A stretch of DNA of 64,000 nucleotides from an uncultured Helicobacter sp. (GTDB lineage Bacteria > Campylobacterota > Campylobacteria > Campylobacterales > UBA6016). Shown piece by piece: positions 55,807-64,000 of this stretch; position 1 is the stretch's first letter, and the number at the start of each line of letters is the position of its first letter. The notes beneath the pieces are model-generated. The model worked only from the letters and a program-made list of their open reading frames with translations. It did not search any database and had not been told where the DNA came from. The stretch covers positions 34,482-98,481 of the forward strand of contig CAZMPN010000003.1 in NCBI GenBank assembly GCA_964568395.1, read 5' to 3'. A program made the translations under genes and the position numbers.

Positions 55807-55959
55807 TTATTTAGTAGCGTTAGCTTCTTTTTTCTCTTTTTTAGCTTTGTGTTTTTTCTCAGCTTTTTTCTCACCTTTAGCTTCAGTTTTGTTAGCGTCA
55901 GAAGCAAAAGCGAAAGAAGATAGACCAAGAGCTACAAGTACGGCAAGAAACTTTTTCAT
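55807..55959 (-). CDS. 50-aa secreted Lys/Glu-rich peptide
   Basis: SD GGAG before the ATG at 55959, not 56079; MKKFLAVLVALGLSSFAFA signal peptide followed by SDANKTEAKGEKKAEKKHKAKKEKKEANATK. Confidence 0.75.
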   Translation of the reverse strand: MKKFLAVLVALGLSSFAFASDANKTEAKGEKKAEKKHKAKKEKKEANATK

Positions 55960-56100
55960 AAGAAAACTCCTAAAAAATTTTTGTACCCCTGTGAAGTACT
56001 GCGTATATATTATTACCGGATATGTGAAATTTATGTGGAGTTTTTGACAAAAATGAGATAATTTTTTAAAATAAAACAAAACGAACAGATAACGTCATCT

Positions 56101-58353
56101 TTAGCCCGAAACGGACTCTGGAGCATAGATTGGCATTCTGACGGTAAACATGGCTCCAAGCTCCGTATTTTTTACTTCAATGGTTCCAGACATATGCGAC
56201 TCCATAATCATCTTGCTCATATAGAGCCCTATGCCTGTTCCCTTGTCCGCGTCTTTCGTCGTAAAGTAGGGCTCAAACACCCTGTTTATAACATCGTCCG
56301 GTATTCCACCGCCGTTGTCTGCTATGCTTATGGCCGCCTCGTTGTTTAGGACGGCGCAACTTATCGTTATGATGGGGTTTTTGACCTCTCTCTCTATCAA
56401 AACGTCTTTTGCGTTCGAAACGATATTCAGGATAACTTGCGAGAATTCACTCGGATATCCGCTCACCAAGACGCTCTCTTTCATGTCGTAGATGATCTCT
56501 ATGGATCTCGAAATAAACTGCGCCTCTACCAGCTTTATGGACTCTCTTGTTTGCGCGGCTATATCGAAGACTACTTTTCCCTTGTCCACCTTGAAGAAAT
56601 GCCTAAAATCGTCTATCGTCTTAGACATAAAGCTTATCTGCGAAGTCGATTTTTTTATGAAATCATTCAGATACTCCTTGTCCAGCTCTCCGTATTCGTA
56701 AGCCATTTCCACATCTTGGATGATAATATTCAAAGCGTTCAGAGGCTGGCGCCACTGATGCGCTATCGCGCCTATCATTTCGCCCATCGTCGCCATCTTG
56801 CTTTGATGGAAAAGAATATGCTCTTGGTCCCTTCTTTTTTTTATCTCCTCTTCCACCCTATCTTCAAGCGTCTGGTTGAGCTCTTTTAGGCCAAGTTCAA
56901 GCCCTTTTTGCTCGGTAATATCGGTAGCCACCTGCAAAACCACTTTTTGTCCGTCCGGCCACTCTATGATGTGGGCGTTGATCGCATACCACCTGTCGTT
57001 CATCGCATTTTTATTGGTCCAGCTATACCTCATGCCCACAGGCAGGTTTTCGTTTATTTTTCCGAACAACGGACAAAAATCGCACTGAGACTCTTGATTT
57101 TGAATGGCTTTGTAGCACTTCCGCCCGGTCACGTCGCCAAAAACCTTCTTGGTATACTCGTTTATAAACACGACCTCGAACGTCGCAGGATTGATTACGT
57201 AAAGAACTATGTCTATGCCGTTAAGAGTCGATATAAGCTTATCGTTGAAATATTGCAGCTCGGCCTGCAGGATGCTCTTGCTTTCTATCTCACGCTTCAA
57301 TAGCTTGTTTTGTTTATAAATCTTCCTCGCCAAAACCGACGCCACGACAAGCAGCAAAATGGAGATCAATATAGTGTGATAGTACTTCTCGATAACATCC
57401 TTTAACTGCACCGGCCTCTTGATGTTATAAGGATAGTAGTTTAGTTTTTGCAATAGCTGCCTGACCGGCTCATACGAACCTCTGATACCCCAGCATATTT
57501 TTCCGCTTTTGGTATGGATTGGATTTTGTAGGTTTGTTTGCAAGATAGCCATAATCACTTCATTCGTCAGCTCCGTGGGCACTCCCTGCAAGACGGCGAG
57601 GGGCCACTCCGGATAGAGCGGCGTAGAGACGAGATATGGAAATGAGCCGTGCCAGAGTTGGTTTATTATTTTTATATCGGAGAGGTTTATCTTTTTCGAT
57701 TTATCCATAGCCTCCAGCAGCTCGGTTCGCACAAAACCGGCGTCGGCCTCGCCTTTGATGACGCTATAAACGACCTTATCCTGCGGCATTCCGGTAAAAA
57801 GAAAGCTGGACTTCTCTCTTGGATCCACGCCGGCGTCGAGCATGACCCCGACTTGCATCATATAGCTGCCGAGGCTATCCACGCCAACGGTTGCTATCTT
57901 TTTTCCCTTCAAATCAGAGATTTTATTTATGTTAACGTTGCTTTTTTTGGTAAATATGACGCCGCCGAACTTATTTATCTCTTGCCCGTCTTTGGTTATT
58001 CTTATCAGGGAGCCTATCGAACTGAGTTCGTATCTATGCTGGAGCACCACATACTGCTCCGGATTCGTAAACATAAAATCCACTTCTTTTGCCCTGACGA
58101 CTTCGTCTATTTCGGGCAGATTGTAGGCTTTAACGACAAACTTGTATTTTGGTATCTTCGTATTCAGATAATCCGCGAAAGGCTGCCAATTTTCTACGGT
58201 CTCAGCCTTTGGGCGAAACGCCAAAATCCCTATTTTTACAGTCCGCTTTCCGTCATCCGGCGCTTGGGCGCAAAAAGCCGCCGAGCCAAACAGTATCAGG
58301 AATACGAACAGTTTGATTTTATGAAGGACGGCCGTTCGCACGATTTTTTTCAT
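56101..58353 (-). CDS. Sensor histidine kinase: PhnD-like periplasmic binding domain, TM, PAS, HisKA, HATPase
   Basis: IGILAFRP, GGVIFT, GEADAGFVRT, TPLYPEWP; AHQWRQPL; DNGGGI; PYFTTK; GTGIGL. Confidence 0.88.
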   Translation of the reverse strand: MKKIVRTAVLHKIKLFVFLILFGSAAFCAQAPDDGKRTVKIGILAFRPKAETVENWQPFADYLNTKIPKYKFVVKAYNLPEIDEVVRAKEVDFMFTNPEQYVVLQHRYELSSIGSLIRITKDGQEINKFGGVIFTKKSNVNINKISDLKGKKIATVGVDSLGSYMMQVGVMLDAGVDPREKSSFLFTGMPQDKVVYSVIKGEADAGFVRTELLEAMDKSKKINLSDIKIINQLWHGSFPYLVSTPLYPEWPLAVLQGVPTELTNEVIMAILQTNLQNPIHTKSGKICWGIRGSYEPVRQLLQKLNYYPYNIKRPVQLKDVIEKYYHTILISILLLVVASVLARKIYKQNKLLKREIESKSILQAELQYFNDKLISTLNGIDIVLYVINPATFEVVFINEYTKKVFGDVTGRKCYKAIQNQESQCDFCPLFGKINENLPVGMRYSWTNKNAMNDRWYAINAHIIEWPDGQKVVLQVATDITEQKGLELGLKELNQTLEDRVEEEIKKRRDQEHILFHQSKMATMGEMIGAIAHQWRQPLNALNIIIQDVEMAYEYGELDKEYLNDFIKKSTSQISFMSKTIDDFRHFFKVDKGKVVFDIAAQTRESIKLVEAQFISRSIEIIYDMKESVLVSGYPSEFSQVILNIVSNAKDVLIEREVKNPIITISCAVLNNEAAISIADNGGGIPDDVINRVFEPYFTTKDADKGTGIGLYMSKMIMESHMSGTIEVKNTELGAMFTVRMPIYAPESVSG

Positions 58354-58445
58354 GTTTTGCTTATTACTGTTTTTTATTCAATCCACATAATCATATTTCT
58401 TTTCAAAAAAATATTCAACCCCAAAACGGCAATTTGTCGCCTTTT

Positions 58446-59294
58446 TTATGTGTTTGATTTTATTTTTATATGCCGCTCGAAAAGCTCTATCTTCCCAGAT
58501 TCTATCAATTTCGTAAGCGCCGCCTTGTAACTTTTTTTGCTAAGGCCGAACGCCTCTTTTATCTCGTCCGCGCCGCTCTTATAGGTAAAATCCATTTTGC
58601 CGCCGCTTCTTTTTAGCGCTAAGAGCACCTTATCGGCGGCTTCGTCCTTTCGCTGCTCGCCTATCGGCCTAAGCGACACATCAAGCTTTCCGTCCGGCCT
58701 GATTTTCTTAACAAAACCGCGTTTTATGTCGCCGATGTTTACCTCTTCGAATATATCGCCGGCAAACACCATGCCTTCAAAACTATTGTTCACTATCACC
58801 TTATACCCTAGAGGCGTCTTGGCGAGCGCCAAAAGCTCCACCTCTTCCCTCTCTTTAAGCGCAGAAGTGTCGCTCGATAGATAACGCATGATGCGCTCAT
58901 CGCCGATCAGCCTATCGGTCTGTCCGTCGTATACGACCCTTACTATTCTTTTATCCCCCACCCTAAACGGCTTTTTCTGGTTTTTTTTGGGGACGAACAG
59001 GTCTTTTGGCAGCCCCCAGTCTACAAAAGCGCCATACGGCGCAACATCCACCACTTCGAAGAAACCGAATTCATCGGCCATCGCGAGCGGCCTTTCCAGC
59101 AGGGCGACCGGCCTATCTTCCGAATCCGTAGTCACGAATACGTCCAGCTCGTCGCCGACTTTCATGCTCTTTGAGACGTATCTATTTGGAAGCAGTATCG
59201 CTTCGCCCTCGCCGGAGACTACGAATATGCCCGGAGGAGTTATCCTGTCTACTTTTAGCCTGTTTATTTTTCCAAGCTGTATGCGTTCATCCAT
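58446..59294 (-). CDS. cvfB: CvfB/YitL-type S1 RNA-binding protein
   Basis: GAFVDWGLPKDLFVP, RPDGKLDVSL, FGLSKKSYKAAL..L. Confidence 0.85.
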   Translation of the reverse strand: MDERIQLGKINRLKVDRITPPGIFVVSGEGEAILLPNRYVSKSMKVGDELDVFVTTDSEDRPVALLERPLAMADEFGFFEVVDVAPYGAFVDWGLPKDLFVPKKNQKKPFRVGDKRIVRVVYDGQTDRLIGDERIMRYLSSDTSALKEREEVELLALAKTPLGYKVIVNNSFEGMVFAGDIFEEVNIGDIKRGFVKKIRPDGKLDVSLRPIGEQRKDEAADKVLLALKRSGGKMDFTYKSGADEIKEAFGLSKKSYKAALTKLIESGKIELFERHIKIKSNT

Positions 59295-59423
59295 AAAATG
59301 CTCTTTTTTAACGTGAATTATAACAAATCAAGACGCCGATTGTTTTATTAGTTTTTTTGGCGCAAAAGCTCATTTTCCTATATTTTTTTATACAATCCTA
59401 TTAACACAAACGAAAGGTCGCTG

Positions 59424-61040
59424 ATGAACGGAGGCGGTATGCAAGAGCCACCATACGAATGGCTGCTTGAGCAATACAAGCTGGCGCTTGACGCAAGCAA
59501 TATCATATCGATAACAAATAGTGACGGCATCATAGAATACGCGAACGAACAGTTTTGCAAAATATCCGGTTACTCCGAAGATGAGCTCATAGGCAAGCCG
59601 CACAATATAGTCAGGCATCCTGATATGCCGAAAAAAGTATTTAAAGACCTATGGGAGACCATCAAGGACGGCAAAATATGGAAAGGCGTCATCAAAAATA
59701 GAGCCAAGGACGGCAGCGACTACATAGTAGACTCCACCGTAATGCCGATAAAAGACGATCGCGGCATCATAAAGAGGTTTATAGGCATCCGCCACGACAT
59801 CACGCCTCTAATCGAAAAAGAGGAGCTTATTGAAAAACAGACCAGGGATAGGCTCTCCGGGCTATATAACAAAGTTAAACTGCTGGAAGATATAGAAAAG
59901 TGCGAATTCCCGGTATTTACGGTTCTGAACATAGACGACTTCTCGGAAATAAACGACTTTTACGGTATGGAAATCGGGGACGGGCTATTAAAGTCTTTGG
60001 CGGAGAAGCTATTGTTTTATTTTGAAGACGAGGAGAGGCACAGGCTATATAGACTGCACGGGGATGAGTACGGCATACTGACGTCGAAAAGAGAGTATGC
60101 AGACGAACATATTTCGATGATAAACTCCCTCCTCATAGATATAAAAAAATCACCGTTTACGCTCGGGCAAGAAAGCATATACATCGCACTGACGGCGGGT
60201 AGCGCGCAAGAAAACGAAACGCTGATAGGCAGGGCCCATATGGCGCTCAAATACGCCAAAAAAGAGCGTAGGTTTCATCAGATATTCGACCCGATGATAC
60301 TAGATAGCTACAAATACGGCGAAAATCTAGAGTGGTCAAACAAAATAAGAAAAGCGATAGAACAAGATAGGATAGTCGCCTACTATCAGCCAATCATGAA
60401 TATCCAAACCGGCGAAATAGAAAAATACGAAGCATTGGTGCGGCTAATAGACGAGAACGGCGCGGCCATCGTACCGGCGCAATTTCTGGAGATAGCCAAG
60501 AAAACAAAGCAGTATTCGTACATTACGAAAAAAATCATAGAGTTCGCCGTCAAAACGGCGAAAGATAGAGATATGGAGATCTCTATCAATATTACGATAG
60601 AGGACGTCGAAAACTCAGAGATTGTGAAAACGATAGAGGACGCCATGGAGCAGTCAGGCTGTGGACACCTGATAGTATTCGAGATAACAGAGACGGAAGA
60701 GATAAAAAACTATCATGCGCTCAGAAGCTTCATAGAGCTCGTAAAAACCAGGTTTGGCTCAAAGGTGGCCATAGATGATTTTGGAAGCGGCTATTCGAAC
60801 TTCGAGAACCTGCTGGAGCTTGATTTCGACTACCTAAAGATAGACGGCTCCATAATAGAGAAGATAGACATAAGCAAACAAAGCGAAATACTACTGGACG
60901 CCATAATAGCGTTCTCGCAAAAACTGGATATAAAGACGGTGGCCGAATTTGTAAGCAACAAGCAGATACTGGAGATAGTGAAAACAAAAGGGATAGACTA
61001 CGCGCAAGGTTTTTTCATAGGAAAACCTGCAGAGCTGTGA
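59424..61040 (+). CDS. PAS-GGDEF(degenerate)-EAL protein, probable c-di-GMP phosphodiesterase
   Basis: HNIVRHPDMP PAS; HGDEY; YEALVRL; FEITETE; DDFGSGYS; KIDGS; AEFV; QGF. Confidence 0.88.
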   Translation: MNGGGMQEPPYEWLLEQYKLALDASNIISITNSDGIIEYANEQFCKISGYSEDELIGKPHNIVRHPDMPKKVFKDLWETIKDGKIWKGVIKNRAKDGSDYIVDSTVMPIKDDRGIIKRFIGIRHDITPLIEKEELIEKQTRDRLSGLYNKVKLLEDIEKCEFPVFTVLNIDDFSEINDFYGMEIGDGLLKSLAEKLLFYFEDEERHRLYRLHGDEYGILTSKREYADEHISMINSLLIDIKKSPFTLGQESIYIALTAGSAQENETLIGRAHMALKYAKKERRFHQIFDPMILDSYKYGENLEWSNKIRKAIEQDRIVAYYQPIMNIQTGEIEKYEALVRLIDENGAAIVPAQFLEIAKKTKQYSYITKKIIEFAVKTAKDRDMEISINITIEDVENSEIVKTIEDAMEQSGCGHLIVFEITETEEIKNYHALRSFIELVKTRFGSKVAIDDFGSGYSNFENLLELDFDYLKIDGSIIEKIDISKQSEILLDAIIAFSQKLDIKTVAEFVSNKQILEIVKTKGIDYAQGFFIGKPAEL

Positions 61041-61092
61041 TATTTTAAGCCAGAATTGTTTTTGTAGAATAGGATAATTTTATTTTCGAGGG

Positions 61093-62772
61093 TTGCTCTT
61101 GTTCAGGGAAAAGATAAAATACGGCAAATCGACGCAAAAGCTCCTAAACGACTATAAACTGGCGGTCGACGCCACCACCATACTATCCACCAGCAACCCT
61201 CAGGGCATAATCACGTACGCAAATAAAAAGTTTTGCGAAATCTCCGGCTATACGCTTGACGAACTTATAGGCAAACCGCACAGTATAGTAAGACATCCCG
61301 ATACGCCAAAGCAGGTTTTTAAAGAGATGTGGCGAACAATCAGCTCCGGCAAGGTATGGAACGGGACGATCAAGAACAGGGCGAAAGACGGAAGCGAATA
61401 CATAGTGGAAGCCGCGATAATCCCGGTAACGGACGAAAACGGCGAAATCGAAGAGTATATAGGGATAAGGCACGACATAACCGCGCAATACGCCAGCTCG
61501 GAAGATATGAGGCACGAACTCGCCACAAAGCAAGAACGAATCAAAGAGCTTACGATGACCGATCAGATATCTGGTCTTCCAAACCAAGAGGCGTTCTGTG
61601 ATACGCTGAAAGTAAACTGCGGCGAACAGCTCTCCTTGATAGCGTTCAAAATAGACCACCTATCCCACATAAAAGACGTCCTTGGCTTCGAGTTCGCCGA
61701 CGCGTATCTAAAAGAGCTATCCGCCACGGTTTTGAGTTTTTTTGCCGAATTCGGAAACAAACTAGGCGTATTCAGAATAGATTCCGACGAGATGTGCGTA
61801 GTATTCAAGGGCGCTATGCAGAACATGGAAAAAACCGTAGAAGATTTTGCGGCGATGGCTAGATTTTTCTATGCGACGCACAAGGATATATCCATCAATT
61901 CTCCGGTTACGATAGCGGCCTATACCGGAGACACCGACGTAAGACACAAGATACTCACACTGCTCTCCTACGCTTTCGACAAGCATAGAGGCGAATACAT
62001 AATCGGAAACGAGGACACCTCCTGCTTCATAGACGAGCATCCGGTAAATATCTTTTGGCTAGGCAAATACTCCGATGCGATAGCCTACGAGCAAATGGTG
62101 CCTTTTTTCCAGCCGATTATGGATAATTCAACCGGAAAGATACAAAAATACGAGTGTCTGGCCAGGATACTCGACAACGGCAAGATAATCTCTCCGGACA
62201 AATTCATAGATCTGGCTACGAAAGCGAGGCAGATTCCGTTTTTGACAAAGGCTATAGTCAGGCGCGCGTTTGAAAAATTCAGCGAATATCCAGAGCTCGA
62301 GTTTTCGATAAACGTCTCGGCAATGGATTTGCAGGACGACTTTTTGCTCAAACAGGTCGGCTATTGGCAGGAAAAAACGATGATAGACCCCTCTAGGGTG
62401 GTATTTGAGATACTGGAGACGGAAGATATATACAGATACGGAATTCTAAAAAAATCCATTGCAAAATTAAAGGAGATGGGATACAAAATAGCGATAGACG
62501 ACTTCGGTACCGGATATTCGAACTTCATATCGCTCTTCGAATACAAAGTCGACTATATCAAGATAGACGGCTCCCTTATAAAAGGGCTATCCGATGAACC
62601 GCATAAAATAGAGATGGTAAAAAACCTAAACAGCCTAATACATATGTGCGGCGCAAAATCGATAGCCGAATTCGTGAGCGACGAAAAAATACAGAACATA
62701 GCGAAAGAGATAGGCGTAGACTACTCCCAGGGATACTATATAGGTAAACCGTCAATGGAGCTGAAACCATAA
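61093..62772 (+). CDS. PAS-GGDEF(degenerate)-EAL protein, paralogue of the preceding gene
   Basis: HSIVRHPDTP PAS; DSDEM; YECLARI; FEILETE; DDFGTGYS; AEFV; QGY. Confidence 0.86.
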   Translation: MLLFREKIKYGKSTQKLLNDYKLAVDATTILSTSNPQGIITYANKKFCEISGYTLDELIGKPHSIVRHPDTPKQVFKEMWRTISSGKVWNGTIKNRAKDGSEYIVEAAIIPVTDENGEIEEYIGIRHDITAQYASSEDMRHELATKQERIKELTMTDQISGLPNQEAFCDTLKVNCGEQLSLIAFKIDHLSHIKDVLGFEFADAYLKELSATVLSFFAEFGNKLGVFRIDSDEMCVVFKGAMQNMEKTVEDFAAMARFFYATHKDISINSPVTIAAYTGDTDVRHKILTLLSYAFDKHRGEYIIGNEDTSCFIDEHPVNIFWLGKYSDAIAYEQMVPFFQPIMDNSTGKIQKYECLARILDNGKIISPDKFIDLATKARQIPFLTKAIVRRAFEKFSEYPELEFSINVSAMDLQDDFLLKQVGYWQEKTMIDPSRVVFEILETEDIYRYGILKKSIAKLKEMGYKIAIDDFGTGYSNFISLFEYKVDYIKIDGSLIKGLSDEPHKIEMVKNLNSLIHMCGAKSIAEFVSDEKIQNIAKEIGVDYSQGYYIGKPSMELKP

Positions 62773-62775
62773 AAC

Positions 62776-63159
62776 CTAAACATATCCGCCTCTTCCCTCC
62801 AAAATACTTTCCAGCTTCTCTCTTAATATCTGCGGAGTAAACGGCTTGACTATATAACTACTTACCCCGGCCTTTAGGGCCGTTATAACCTCCGATTTCC
62901 CGCCTTCCGTCGTAATCATTACGACAGGAATGGCAGAATACTTGTCATGCGACCTTATCTTTCTAACAAGCTCGATTCCGCTCATATTAGGCATCTTCCA
63001 CTCCGTAATAAGCACGCTTATATCGTCGGTAGTCGACATAATCCTCCAAGCGCTCGCACCGTCTTCGGCTTCCAAAAGATTATTTAGACCAAAATTAGTC
63101 AAAGCATTTTTTATAATTCTTCTCATCGTCGAGCTATCATCCACTATGAGTACCTTCAT
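62776..63159 (-). CDS. CheY-like single-domain response regulator with Glu at the phospho-acceptor position
   Basis: VLIVDDSSTMRRII..ITEWKMP..MITTEGGK.EV..ALKAGV..YIVKPFTP. Confidence 0.85.
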   Translation of the reverse strand: MKVLIVDDSSTMRRIIKNALTNFGLNNLLEAEDGASAWRIMSTTDDISVLITEWKMPNMSGIELVRKIRSHDKYSAIPVVMITTEGGKSEVITALKAGVSSYIVKPFTPQILREKLESILEGRGGYV

Positions 63160-63238
63160 TCGCCTCTTCTCCTCTGGATAAATAAAAATGGAATTTTAAT
63201 TTCAAAAAGTTGCATTAGCGTCCTATCTTGTTTTTCCA

Positions 63239-64000
63239 TCAAAACACCTCCGCTTCTTCTCCATAAGGGAGTTTTATGCCGCATAGATTTTCTATAAACA
63301 CCTTTAGATACGGAATGGCCAAATACTCATAAATACTCTCTAAAAACTTGTCTATATTGCTCTTGCAGCATTCGTTTACCTGTTCTATATCAGCGTATAT
63401 CTCTTTTAAAAACTCTTCAAATACATAAAAACTCTCCAACAGCGGCTCTCTGGCAACGGCGTCAAAAATCTCGTGCATGTTTACGTATCCGTTCTTGTAT
63501 CCTTCCATCAGCTCCAAAAACGATATCTTTTTCGAAAGCTCGTTGATTTTTTGGAGGGCATTCTCCTTGTGCGGCAAAAAATCGCACAGCAACCTAGATA
63601 GCTGCAACGCCTTCTCAAATTCTTTTGACGCCTCTAGATTTGCGATATTCGCATAGATACTATTCCCGAGAGAATTCGCTTTTTTGTATATAGTGCACTC
63701 CCTCAAAAACCTGAACTTATCGCACAGCAGAAAAAAATCCCTAAAGTTTTTGCTTCTGTATAGATAGAATGCCCTTTCATAATTCTCAAGGCTTCTGTTT
63801 AATGCATCTATCGTATTTTTCTTGGATGGAATTCCGATAAACGGTTTTAAAATATTGTAAATAGTCTGTTTTTCGACAAACCCCACACCTTCGACCGTTA
63901 GTATCGCTTTTAGCACGGCTTCGTCAAAAAGCCTCTCCAAAGCTTCGAAAGTCGGCAATTTTTGAACGGTTCCGGTCTCGTCGGCATAGGCCACCGCATA
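63239..64000 (-). CDS. Hypothetical helical protein, 5'-partial
   Basis: Frame is open to the window edge; no family recognised. Confidence 0.7.
   Translation of the reverse strand, partial: YAVAYADETGTVQKLPTFEALERLFDEAVLKAILTVEGVGFVEKQTIYNILKPFIGIPSKKNTIDALNRSLENYERAFYLYRSKNFRDFFLLCDKFRFLRECTIYKKANSLGNSIYANIANLEASKEFEKALQLSRLLCDFLPHKENALQKINELSKKISFLELMEGYKNGYVNMHEIFDAVAREPLLESFYVFEEFLKEIYADIEQVNECCKSNIDKFLESIYEYLAIPYLKVFIENLCGIKLPYGEEAEVF

Overview
Bacterial chromosomal window, densely coding, most likely Campylobacterota (inferred from the CheY sequence and gene content; no database search was run). I found no rRNA, tRNA, CRISPR array, integrase or transposase. Layout from start to end: (1) 1-16.8 kb, a co-oriented carbon and energy block: NDH-2, ADP-forming acetate-CoA ligase, pyruvate kinase, then an alpha-glucan/glycogen-type cluster (NTP-transferase/PGM-like fusion, three different GH57 enzymes, GalT-like protein, DUF4912-like protein, ROK kinase). 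(2) Pentapeptide-repeat protein, CitE-like lyase, Fe-SOD, TonB-dependent receptor, TolC/HlyD/ABC exporter. (3) An 886-aa soluble repeat-CheW fusion, Tpx-like peroxidase, orphan VirD4/TraG-like ATPase, secreted beta-carbonic anhydrase. (4) ArsR regulator divergent from rhodanese-ccdA-thioredoxin, with a perfect 11-8-11 operator-like palindrome. (5) 37-56 kb, a metal-homeostasis-rich region: two two-component systems, OprB-family porin, CDF, CorA, CzcCBA-type RND system, P-type ATPase. (6) Signalling genes: SBP-PAS histidine kinase, two PAS-GGDEF-EAL paralogues, a CheY paralogue. The best signals that the ORF track misses or hides are: a 21-aa acidic leader ORF (MDDDP...) upstream of corA that looks like an MgtL-type Mg2+ attenuator; an in-frame TAG at codon 37 of trpB; Glu in place of the phospho-acceptor Asp in the CheY paralogue; a 36-aa membrane peptide after fixH; and a 50-aa secreted Lys-rich peptide with two bacterial N-glycosylation sequons. 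All functional calls rest on motif recognition by eye.
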